Shown here piece by piece: positions 9,639 through 18,312 of a DNA stretch of 64,000 nt. Position 1 is the first letter of the stretch. Each line of letters starts with the position of its first letter. Origin of the DNA: Acidobacteriota bacterium. GTDB taxonomy: Bacteria > Acidobacteriota > UBA6911. Location: contig OY761556.1 of NCBI GenBank assembly GCA_963664705.1, forward strand, positions 3,392,001 to 3,456,000, written 5' to 3'. The translations under genes and the position numbers were made by a program. The notes beneath the pieces are model-generated. The model was not told the origin of the DNA and ran no database searches. It saw only the letters and a program-made list of their open reading frames with translations.

Positions 9639-10814
9639 TTACTGCTTGATCAGCGCGCGGGCTCCTGAACGCATCCCCTCAAGCGTCAGTTCATACATCG
9701 GGAAAACATTCCGTATGATCCGCGTGGATGGAACGGACGACCACCACTGCTGCGGCTCCGGGTTGAGCCAAATCGCTTTTCGAAAACGCTTGCGGATGTC
9801 GATCAGCCATTCGATTCCAGGGCGGTCATTGCGATACCAGTAGTCGATCGCTCCGTTCTTATTGAGCAGTTCGCTGGGCGCCATGTAGGCATCCCCTACC
9901 AGGATTACCTTGTAATCGCGTTTCGCCTGATCCAGCACGATCCTCGTAGGAATGGCTTTGTTCTGCCAGATATCGGTATACAGCTCCTGGTAAACACAAT
10001 TGTGAAAATAGTAGAACTGCAGATCCTTGACTATGTCTTTGGCGGCGGAAAAAAGCCGGCTGACCAGTTCAGCATGCGGATTCATGGTTCCGCCTGCATC
10101 CATGAGCAGCATCAGCTTGATCCTTTTCTTGCGCGCGCGGTCCCAGATGAATTCGAGTTCGCCCGCATTCCGGCAGGTAGCATCAATGGTCCCGTCAACA
10201 TCCAGTGAATCTTTTGGGCCTTCACGCACAACCTGCCGAATATAACTCAGCACGGTCTTGATGGATCGCGTATCCAGCGCCAGGTCATCGCGGTAATTCT
10301 GAAAGCTGCGCTTTTCCGCAATCTGAATGGCACTGCGATGACGGCTTTCATTCTGCCCGATCCGCACGCCGGCCGGATTGTATCCCCATGCGCCGTATGC
10401 AGAGCGTCCGCCTACACCGATGGCCCGATTCCCGCCCATATGGAGCTCATCATCCTGGTTTTGCAGCCGATCGCGAAACCGGTCCAGAACTTCATCAAAG
10501 GAGAGTTCCTCTACAACCTTCTTCTCTTCCTCTGTCAATTCAAGCGGCGGAATGCGAAGCAGCCTTTCCTCTATTTCCCGGATCAGCTCGTCATCGGACT
10601 CGATGTGGCCAAAACACTCCAGAAAGGCCTGATCGTATTTGTCGAAGTGGGCTTCAGTTTTGATGAGGATGGCGCGGGCGAGATAGTAGAAGCGCGTCAG
10701 CGAGCTGTCCGCCAGATTTTCCGAGAGCGCCTTCTGCAACAATAGCCACTCATTAAACGTAACCGGAACGTCACGATTTCTCAGTCTTTGGAAGAAGTTG
10801 ACAAACATACCCAT
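9639..10814 (-). CDS. CoxE-like VWA domain protein
   Basis: FYYLARAILIKTEAHFDKYD, GGRSAYGAWG, LDVDGTIDAT, MIDAS-like LMDAGGTM, FYYFHNC, VGDAYMAP, WLNP. Confidence 0.88.
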   Translation of the reverse strand: MGMFVNFFQRLRNRDVPVTFNEWLLLQKALSENLADSSLTRFYYLARAILIKTEAHFDKYDQAFLECFGHIESDDELIREIEERLLRIPPLELTEEEKKVVEELSFDEVLDRFRDRLQNQDDELHMGGNRAIGVGGRSAYGAWGYNPAGVRIGQNESRHRSAIQIAEKRSFQNYRDDLALDTRSIKTVLSYIRQVVREGPKDSLDVDGTIDATCRNAGELEFIWDRARKKRIKLMLLMDAGGTMNPHAELVSRLFSAAKDIVKDLQFYYFHNCVYQELYTDIWQNKAIPTRIVLDQAKRDYKVILVGDAYMAPSELLNKNGAIDYWYRNDRPGIEWLIDIRKRFRKAIWLNPEPQQWWSSVPSTRIIRNVFPMYELTLEGMRSGARALIKQ

Positions 10815-10829
10815 CGTGGATGCCCGTTC

Positions 10830-11633
10830 CTAGTGCACTGATACTTTGGCCACATCCTCTTCGGTCTTCAAAAGGACGCCGATGTAAGGGAATCGCTTCT
10901 TCAACTCATCTTCCGTGATCCCGCCGGCAATGATGGCCTGAATCCAGTCGAGAAGCTCGCTGGTGGAGGGACGCTTCTTAAGCTCATGCCGCTGGCGAAT
11001 CAGGTAAAATCTTGCCACGATCTGCGAAATCAGATTATGTCGAAGATTCGGGAAATGGACCTTGGCAATCTTCTCCATCATCGCGGAATCGGGAAACTCG
11101 ATGTAATGAAAAAGGCACCGTCGAAGGAATGCATCCGGCAGCTCTTTTTCACTGTTGCTTGTAATCACGACAATGGGACGATGCTTGGCCTTGTAATGGT
11201 CCGCGGTCTCGACAACGTCGAAACTCATCTGATCCAGCTCAAAAAGCAGATCGTTGGGGAACTCAAGGTCTGCCTTGTCGATTTCGTCGATCAGGAGCAC
11301 CACCTGCTCATCCGCGCGAAGCGCTTCGCCCAGTTTTCCGAATTTGATGTATTGCCTGATATCCGAAACATTCTTGTCATGGAAACGCGAATCGTTCAAT
11401 CGCTGCACCGTATCATACACATATAGGCCTTCAGTGGCCTTTGATGTCGATTTGATATTCCAGCGAATGAGACGCAGTTTCAGATCTTCCGCGATTACCT
11501 GGGCAAGCTGAGTCTTTCCGGTACCGGGTTCTCCTTTCAACAGCAGCGGCCGCTGCAAAACAATCGCCGCATTGACTATTTCTTTCAGTGCATCACTGAG
11601 GATGTATTGATCGGTCCCTTGGAATCTGTTCAT
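10830..11633 (-). CDS. MoxR-family AAA+ ATPase (CoxD-like)
   Basis: Walker A GEPGTGKT, Walker B LLIDEIDKAD, TSNSEKELPDAFLRRC, KRPSTSELLDW. Confidence 0.92.
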   Translation of the reverse strand: MNRFQGTDQYILSDALKEIVNAAIVLQRPLLLKGEPGTGKTQLAQVIAEDLKLRLIRWNIKSTSKATEGLYVYDTVQRLNDSRFHDKNVSDIRQYIKFGKLGEALRADEQVVLLIDEIDKADLEFPNDLLFELDQMSFDVVETADHYKAKHRPIVVITSNSEKELPDAFLRRCLFHYIEFPDSAMMEKIAKVHFPNLRHNLISQIVARFYLIRQRHELKKRPSTSELLDWIQAIIAGGITEDELKKRFPYIGVLLKTEEDVAKVSVH

Positions 11634-11673
11634 CTGAAACTGACGCCCTCCCTTTCTCTAAATGCAAGCGGGT

Positions 11674-11697
11674 AGTGTACCACGACCGGCCGGTCTA
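11674..11697 (-). promoter_or_regulatory. Extended -10 promoter of moxR with overlapping palindromic operator
   Basis: Minus strand reads TGGTACACT; perfect palindrome GACCGGCCGGTC at 11684-11695. Confidence 0.45.
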
Positions 11698-11753
11698 CAT
11701 TGAAGTCACAAAACGCTGAAAATAAACGGGCATTAGAATTCTTTTATACTGGA

Positions 11754-12620
11754 TTAGCTCAGCTTCCGGCTCAGGATGCGCTCTGCAGCAGCGCGATGGG
11801 GGTTATCCAGCAGCTGACCGTCATAAGTGGTCAGCGCCTTCCCCCTGTTCTCGGCCGCATCCAGTTCAAAAATAACTCTCTCAGCCCATGCAATCTCTTC
11901 GGGAGTAACATCGAACACGCGATTGATTATCGGCAGTTGGTTCGGGTGAAGCACACTCTTGCCGCTATATCCCAGACGACGCGCCTGGCAGGATTCCTTT
12001 TCAAGCAGGTCGGCATTGTGAATGTCAAAACATGGAGCGTCGATGGCATCAATCGCTGAAGCCCTGGCCGCCGTAACGATCATCTGCAACGCCAGAAGCA
12101 GCTCTGCGCGATCCGGACCGGGCTGGCAATGGAGATCCGCAACATAATCGGCCGATCCGAAAATCATCGAGGCCATCCGCGGCGAGGAGGCAGCGATTTC
12201 GGCTGCGCGCAACACTCCGGAAGCTGACTCAATCATCGCATGGATCCCTATGCTTCCTTCGAGCATCCCGTGGCTGCGCTCCACCTCGAGCAGTATCTTC
12301 TCTGCCTGCATGATATCGGATGAGCCTTCCACTTTGGGCAGGCAGATCCCGTCCGGACGACAAAGGGCTATAACCATCAGATCCTTCTCGCCAATGGACG
12401 AGTGAAGGCCATTAATTCGGACGACCACTTCGCGCTCTCCATAGTCGATCGTCCGCAGCGCATTTGCAATATTCTCCCTGGCGGCATCTTTCCTCGACGC
12501 GGCAACCCCGTCTTCCAAATTAAGCAGAAGCATATCCGAGGAAATTTCGGTCGCTTTCTGCAGCATCTTTTCACTATCGCCCGGCACATACAGGGCGCTT
12601 CGCCGCAAACCGGTTTTCAT
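11754..12620 (-). CDS. CitE/malyl-CoA lyase-like CoA-ester lyase (HpcH/HpaI aldolase/citrate lyase family)
   Basis: RRSALYVPG, LEDGVA, VVRING, LPKVE, MIESASG, FGSADY, GKSVLHPNQ. Confidence 0.88.
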   Translation of the reverse strand: MKTGLRRSALYVPGDSEKMLQKATEISSDMLLLNLEDGVAASRKDAARENIANALRTIDYGEREVVVRINGLHSSIGEKDLMVIALCRPDGICLPKVEGSSDIMQAEKILLEVERSHGMLEGSIGIHAMIESASGVLRAAEIAASSPRMASMIFGSADYVADLHCQPGPDRAELLLALQMIVTAARASAIDAIDAPCFDIHNADLLEKESCQARRLGYSGKSVLHPNQLPIINRVFDVTPEEIAWAERVIFELDAAENRGKALTTYDGQLLDNPHRAAAERILSRKLS

Positions 12621-12812
12621 TCAATCTTCCTCCCGCATTCATATTATCGAAGTAATGATGGCCATCCCAAGTTCATTTTTGCGCCTATCAGCGAGATGGT
12701 ACACATATCAGCAGCGTCTGCCCACGATGCTGATTCCCCGCGGAATGGTTCGACAATTGGAGGAAACGGCTGCGCCCGCATTCAATGCTTTGGGCGCAGG
12801 TCGGAAAGGCTC

Positions 12813-13295
12813 CTAGATTTTGTGAAGCGCGAAGATCAGGTAGAGATGGTAGCAGCACAATAAGGTGTATGCCCAAAGGCAGAGTCGCGCGGCAAATTTG
12901 CCAAGAGTCCATTCCTTGTGAATAAAAATCACAGCCAGCGGGATCACGGTCATCGCGGCTTTGGCTCCATAAAAGGCGGGCAGCCCCCCGTGCTGAATAA
13001 TGGCATCCATGACAGGGTTCAATTCCGTGGCGGTTCCTTTTGTCATATGCAACCCGGTCATCACGGCATCGATGGCCGAGAGAATCAGCACGGCCGTGGT
13101 GATAAGCCAGGTGCGAAAATCATAAATATCGACATAAGCCCCCTGGTCCGTCTTCCTGCGACCTTTGCTGCGCCTTCTGTGGAACGGGCCCGATAATGTG
13201 GCCCAGAGCGAGGCTTGCGCTCTGCGGTCGATACCGCTACGCCTCTCAGGCAGCACTTTTCGCGTCGCTGGATCCAGGTAAAAATTTCGTGCCAT
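12813..13295 (-). CDS. DUF5658-like membrane protein with Arg-rich N-terminus
   Basis: LSAIDAVMT..ELNPVM..K and YHL pattern; four hydrophobic segments; ERRSGIDRR N-terminus. Confidence 0.65.
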   Translation of the reverse strand: MARNFYLDPATRKVLPERRSGIDRRAQASLWATLSGPFHRRRSKGRRKTDQGAYVDIYDFRTWLITTAVLILSAIDAVMTGLHMTKGTATELNPVMDAIIQHGGLPAFYGAKAAMTVIPLAVIFIHKEWTLGKFAARLCLWAYTLLCCYHLYLIFALHKI

Positions 13296-13426
13296 TCTAG
13301 TCAACTATTATCGGCCCAAATGCCTTACAGGTTTACCCTCAGGTTCAAGTTCCCCCAAATTTGCAAAACCAATATTGAAGAATTATTTCACTTATTATTT
13401 CCACCTCGCAAATGATGCCGCGTTTT

Positions 13427-14509
13427 CTATCCCCGGGATCCGGTCCTGAATATTTGATTCAGGGCCCATTCGACATGTTCGTGAACCAGCGGGCTCGAAT
13501 CGCTCATCGCTTCCTGCAAAGAAGGTATAGCCTCAACGGCTCCGGAATTCCCCAGTGCAACCGCCACATTCCGGACCAATCCATCGCGGGTTGCCCGCAG
13601 GATTGGGCTTCCGGCAAATTTGCGTGCAAACTCATCTTTGGTAATCCGCAGAAGAGGCACGAGATCAGGCGCGATATTTCCTTTAACCGGTTGGAATTCG
13701 GGTATCTCTGTCCTGACAGCGAACCTGTTCCAGGGGCAGGCCTCCTGGCAGTCATCACATCCATAAATTCGATTCCCGATCAGAGGCCGCAAATGGACAG
13801 GAATCGATCCGCGCAATTCAATGGTCAGATAGGAAATACAACGAGCGGCATCCACAACGTGGGGTGCAACGATAGCACCGGTCGGACAGGCAGTCAGACA
13901 ACGGGAACAGTTCCCGCAATAATCGCCTGCGGGATCATCATATTCCAATTCAATGTTCAGCAGAATCACACCGATGAAGAACCAGGATCCACAGTTACGG
14001 GCAACCAGGTTTGTATGTCGGCCCATCCATCCCACGGAGGTTTGCGATCCCCATACCTTCTCCATAATGGGGCCCGTATCTACATAGCATCGCCCCTCCG
14101 CAGACGGCTGAATATCGTGGATATGCTTCAGCAGGAGTTCCAGGCGGCCGCGGATGACTGTGTGGTAATCACCTCCCAGAGCATACTGGCTGATTTTCCC
14201 CTTTAGCGGATCCTTGACGGGGACATTCCCTGAAAAGTAATTCATGGCCACCACGATCATTGATCGGGCATTGGCCATCACCAGGCCGGGATCCATGCGT
14301 TTTGCGGCCTGTCTTTCCATGTAGCGCATCTCTCCATGGAATCCGCGCATCAGCCAGTCGGCGAGATGGTCTGGATCGGGAAGAGTGCGGACGGCCGTAA
14401 TTCCTGTTTTGAAAAAGCCCAGGCGGCCGGCCTTATCGCGAATTCGAGCGCTCAACTCCGAAGCGCTATGAGGCAATGACTGGTTTTCGGATAAAGGATC
14501 CGGTGTCAT
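13427..14509 (-). CDS. queG: Epoxyqueuosine reductase (cobalamin- and 4Fe-4S-dependent)
   Basis: GDYH, YVDTGPIMEK, CGNCSRCLTACPTGA, CISYLTIE, GCDDCQEACPWN, RNVAVALGN HEAT tail. Confidence 0.94.
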   Translation of the reverse strand: MTPDPLSENQSLPHSASELSARIRDKAGRLGFFKTGITAVRTLPDPDHLADWLMRGFHGEMRYMERQAAKRMDPGLVMANARSMIVVAMNYFSGNVPVKDPLKGKISQYALGGDYHTVIRGRLELLLKHIHDIQPSAEGRCYVDTGPIMEKVWGSQTSVGWMGRHTNLVARNCGSWFFIGVILLNIELEYDDPAGDYCGNCSRCLTACPTGAIVAPHVVDAARCISYLTIELRGSIPVHLRPLIGNRIYGCDDCQEACPWNRFAVRTEIPEFQPVKGNIAPDLVPLLRITKDEFARKFAGSPILRATRDGLVRNVAVALGNSGAVEAIPSLQEAMSDSSPLVHEHVEWALNQIFRTGSRG

Positions 14510-15495
14510 TTTTTAAATGTCTGAGACAGAAAAGGCAGCGTCTCATCGAGGTGGGCGGCGATGAGCGCCCATCCGTGCGGCTCTCCAGGATGCACTTTGA
14601 AGATATGAGCTGTTTTGGATTCGGTCAGAATTCGATCCAGGGCCTTTGCGCCCTCATCCAGGTGGGTCATAGGAATGTAGCGATCATCCGTCCCGTAATC
14701 GAAATAAATCTTCAACCCATCCAGTTTGTGAGTCTTTGCCAGGATCAGCGGATTATTGGCGTCCCAAGCATCCTGCCGAATAGGGTCTCCGAAAATCGGC
14801 GTCATCATGTTGACGAAGAACGAATAGAATCTGGAAGCTTTAACCTCCTCAGAAACCGCCAGCGGGTTGGCTCCAGGAAAAAGAATGGGGGACTGCCCGA
14901 CGACGGCGGAATAACGGTCAGGATATTTCATGGCTATCTTCAACGCGCCGTAGCCACCCATCGAGGTCCCGGCAATAGCTCTGTTCTCGCGCCCTCTGGC
15001 CGCCCGGTAATTCGTCTCCATGAAAGCAATGAATTCCTGCGCAATGAGATCCTCGTATCGACGGGTTCCATCAAGGTAATTGCAGTAGAAACTGCTGTCG
15101 CCCCGCGGATGCACCATGATGAATTCCGGAATTTTTCCCGAAAGCATCATCTGTTCGAGCGTGCTCTGCACATGCCCGTAACGCTCCACGGTCCAGCTTG
15201 TTTCATCATTGTTGAGGCCGTGAAGAAAATAAACAACCGGGAACGTGCGGGACGAATCCTTTGAAAAGGATGGAGGAAGGAAGATGCTGTAGGCTTCGGT
15301 CTGGCCAATGGATTTGGATTCAACAGACTTGAATTCCACCGTGGATCCGCCGGGAAGCGTAATGGTGCTTCGATCCGTCCGGCGGCGCTCATCGCCAAAT
15401 TGCGCCCACGCCATCTGTAGCACGATTGATAGCAGGATTGCGGCTGCAAGCAGAGCCACAGCGTTACCGGACCGCAGATGTCGATACAGGGCCAT
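14506..15495 (-). CDS. Exported alpha/beta-hydrolase, esterase family
   Basis: Signal peptide, PVVYFLHG, GTSMGG nucleophile elbow, DYGTDD, PGEPHGW. Confidence 0.85.
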   Translation of the reverse strand: MALYRHLRSGNAVALLAAAILLSIVLQMAWAQFGDERRRTDRSTITLPGGSTVEFKSVESKSIGQTEAYSIFLPPSFSKDSSRTFPVVYFLHGLNNDETSWTVERYGHVQSTLEQMMLSGKIPEFIMVHPRGDSSFYCNYLDGTRRYEDLIAQEFIAFMETNYRAARGRENRAIAGTSMGGYGALKIAMKYPDRYSAVVGQSPILFPGANPLAVSEEVKASRFYSFFVNMMTPIFGDPIRQDAWDANNPLILAKTHKLDGLKIYFDYGTDDRYIPMTHLDEGAKALDRILTESKTAHIFKVHPGEPHGWALIAAHLDETLPFLSQTFKK

Positions 15496-15639
15496 TCCAT
15501 CCTCCGCCGCTTACCGCTAGGGGTGAATTGTTTTCCGAGATGCCAAAGCCGGTCCAAACTTTTGGGTAAATTGAAGAGCCACAGTTTCGGTTATGCAAAA
15601 CACCGGCGCGCTTTTGCGCTCGAAATAATGCATCAATCT

Positions 15640-15957
15640 TCAAGATACCGCCTCAAGGTCGATCTCGATCCGGATAGTTCCGTTAGGATCTGCCATTTTA
15701 AGGTGGCGCAACATTCCCCGAACCGTATCAAGAATAATGATGCGAGAAAACCCATTACTCAGGTTTAGCGGCACGGCAGCCTGATTGACCACGATATGGA
15801 CGTTTTCCCCATCAATATCGTAGCTCAGATCCCGGATCGGTTCCGGAAGCTTAAGGGATGCAGCCATCCCAGTGCAGACATTGGCCACAAACCTGCCAAT
15901 AAAGGGGGTTAAATGTGCTTCGATCTGATTGCTGAATAAACGAATTCGCATAAACAT
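15640..15957 (-). CDS. Small hypothetical protein with internal two-fold repeat
   Basis: C-terminal 105 aa of the track ORF; two similar units ending GMAASLK and GMLRHLK; start at 15957 or 15951. Confidence 0.6.
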   Translation of the reverse strand: MFMRIRLFSNQIEAHLTPFIGRFVANVCTGMAASLKLPEPIRDLSYDIDGENVHIVVNQAAVPLNLSNGFSRIIILDTVRGMLRHLKMADPNGTIRIEIDLEAVS

Positions 15958-16167
15958 GAATACTATCACATGTTTGGCCGATACAATCCCTGCGGACGAC
16001 ACAAATCGGCCCGTTTGGCATACGAAATGACGCAGAGGATTCCCAACGTGGATGCGCAATCCTGAGACGAGCCTCTGGATTGCTTTGAATTGCCCTCGCA
16101 GACCTTCTCTGATAGGATGCTGCGCGGCCTCAGCGGAACCGGATACAGAATGGAGCGGTGACAAACC

Positions 16168-17130
16168 ATGGAAAAGATGGCGGTAACAGGCGGGGCGGGT
16201 TTTATTGGATCCAACCTTTCAGAGCACCTTTTGGGCATGGGTTTCTCTGTCATCATCGTGGATAACCTGAGCACGGGGAGAAAACAAAACCTTGTTCAGA
16301 TATCCGAAAAGGCAGGAGACCGCCTGAAGTTCCTGCAGATGGATATCAATGAAACGAAGGCGCTGAGGGAAGCTTTCTCCGGTGTTTCCTTTGTATTCCA
16401 TCTCGCGGCTATTCCTTCGGTCGCCCGGTCGATTGATGATCCCGTCGCGACGCAGTTTGCCAATATCAATGGAACCATGTCCGTGCTGATGGCTGCCCGG
16501 GAAGCCGGAGTAAAAAGGGTTATAGCGGCCTCCTCTTCTTCGGTCTATGGAGATGAACCGAATCTCCCCAAAAAAGAGGAACGCATTGGGCGATGCCTTT
16601 CCCCCTATGCGCTCAGCAAGTTTGTTGCAGAAGACTATTGTCGGCTCTTCTTCCGCCTATATGGACTGGAAACGGTAGCATTGCGTTACTTCAATGTTTT
16701 CGGCCCGAGACAGGATCCCAAATCCGAATATGCAGCGGTTATCCCGCGATTCAGCACCTGCATGCTGGCTGGGAAACGGCCTACCATTTATGGGGATGGT
16801 GAGCAGACAAGGGACTTCACGTTTGTTACCAATGTGGTGGATGCAAACTGGAGAGCGGCAACGAGCTCGGATGTGGCAGGACAGGCCTTCAACATTGGTT
16901 GTGGAACTCGGACGAGCCTGAACCAGCTGATAGAAAAGCTGAACGGCATACTCGACAGCCAAATCACACCGAATTACGAAGCCGCCCGAAAAGGCGATGT
17001 ACGGGACTCTGTGGCCGATATCAGCAAAGCCCAATCTATGCTGGGATACACCCCGGCCACCACGCTGGAAGCCGGCCTGCGTCGCGTTGTAGAGTGGTAC
17101 CGCAGCGGTCCCGAAGCTGTGCAGCAGTAG
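16168..17130 (+). CDS. NAD-dependent nucleotide-sugar epimerase/dehydratase (WbpP/GalE-like SDR)
   Basis: TGGAGFIGS, ASSSSVYG, SPYALSK (YxxxK), LRYFNVFGPRQDP, GDGEQTRDF. Confidence 0.92.
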   Translation: MEKMAVTGGAGFIGSNLSEHLLGMGFSVIIVDNLSTGRKQNLVQISEKAGDRLKFLQMDINETKALREAFSGVSFVFHLAAIPSVARSIDDPVATQFANINGTMSVLMAAREAGVKRVIAASSSSVYGDEPNLPKKEERIGRCLSPYALSKFVAEDYCRLFFRLYGLETVALRYFNVFGPRQDPKSEYAAVIPRFSTCMLAGKRPTIYGDGEQTRDFTFVTNVVDANWRAATSSDVAGQAFNIGCGTRTSLNQLIEKLNGILDSQITPNYEAARKGDVRDSVADISKAQSMLGYTPATTLEAGLRRVVEWYRSGPEAVQQ

Positions 17131-17210
17131 GCAAACAACCTCTGCTCGATTGACTATTTTTGACGGCTCTCCTCACAAGACTGTCCAGAGTCGGCTGAAA
17201 GCATGGGATC

Positions 17211-18302
17211 ATGTTCTCATTTCTTTTTGTTGATACGGAGCGTGTCTGGCGAGGAGGGCAGGGTCAGCTCTTTACTCTGCTGGAAGGATTGCACGAAAAA
17301 GGCCACACGGTTCACCTGGTATGCCATCCCAACACATTGCTGGAAACCAGAGCCCGGGAAATGAGGCTGTCTGTCCATCCTGCGGCAATCCGGAATGAAT
17401 TCGGTCTAATTTCCTTTTTCCGCCTGCTTGGTATTTTAAAGCAGGTCCATCCCGACGTTCTTGCCTTTAATACGCCACGGGCCATGCTGCTTGGAACTTT
17501 GGCATCCCAGCTTGTCCCAACCCGTGCAAAGATTGTTTTCCGCAGGGTCAACTTCCCGTTACACAGAAATTTCTTCACTCGTTTTAAATATACCTGGGGG
17601 ATCGACTCTGTGGTGGCGATATCCGAATCGATTCGCCTGCAACTCCAGGTCTGCGGCATCCCGGCTTCGAAAATCCGTACCATTTATGAGGGAATCGATT
17701 TATCGCTCTATCCCCGACGAACTCGAGAACTCAAACGTTCGCAGGATGTCCCGGTGGTTGTCGGTACCGTGGCTCATTTGAGCCCGGAGAAGGGACTGCA
17801 ATACCTGATCGAGGCCGCAAGTTTGATCCCGGATGTAAAAAAACGCGTCCGGTTTGTAATTGTAGGGGATGGCGTCTGTCGTGAGGAGCTTTGCCGGTAC
17901 GCGGAGGAACGTGGATTGGCAGACATATTCGAGTTCGCGGGTTTTCATGCCAGTACCTCCCAATTTGTAGAATCGTTTGATATATTTGCTCTTCCAAGCC
18001 TTTCCGAAGGTTTGTCTTCCGCGATACTGGAAGCAATGGCATCATCTTTGCCGATTGTAGCCACCCGCGTGGGAGGCATCCCGGAACTGGTTCAAGAGGG
18101 CCACAATGGTTTGCTTGTTGCCCCTGGCAATCCCATAGCGCTTGCCGGTGCGATCCAGCGTCTGGTGGAAAATCCGGAAGAGGCCAGAAGAATGGGTGAG
18201 CTTGGGAGGGACCGGATGGAGCAGCAGTTCACGATCGAGCGCAAAATTTCCGAGACCGAGAAGCTCTGCAGTTCTCTCCTCCAAAAATCGGCAGTTTCCT
18301 AG
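17211..18302 (+). CDS. GT4 glycosyltransferase
   Basis: WRGGQ, HLSPEKG, PSLSEGLSSAILEAMA (Ex7E), TRVGGIPE. Confidence 0.9.
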   Translation: MFSFLFVDTERVWRGGQGQLFTLLEGLHEKGHTVHLVCHPNTLLETRAREMRLSVHPAAIRNEFGLISFFRLLGILKQVHPDVLAFNTPRAMLLGTLASQLVPTRAKIVFRRVNFPLHRNFFTRFKYTWGIDSVVAISESIRLQLQVCGIPASKIRTIYEGIDLSLYPRRTRELKRSQDVPVVVGTVAHLSPEKGLQYLIEAASLIPDVKKRVRFVIVGDGVCREELCRYAEERGLADIFEFAGFHASTSQFVESFDIFALPSLSEGLSSAILEAMASSLPIVATRVGGIPELVQEGHNGLLVAPGNPIALAGAIQRLVENPEEARRMGELGRDRMEQQFTIERKISETEKLCSSLLQKSAVS

Positions 18303-18312
18303 CGGTCTACCT

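Noticed and set aside
16015-16033. TTGGCATACGAAATGAC as a sigma-54 promoter for the LPS locus
   Set aside because: The -12 position reads GA rather than the invariant GC.
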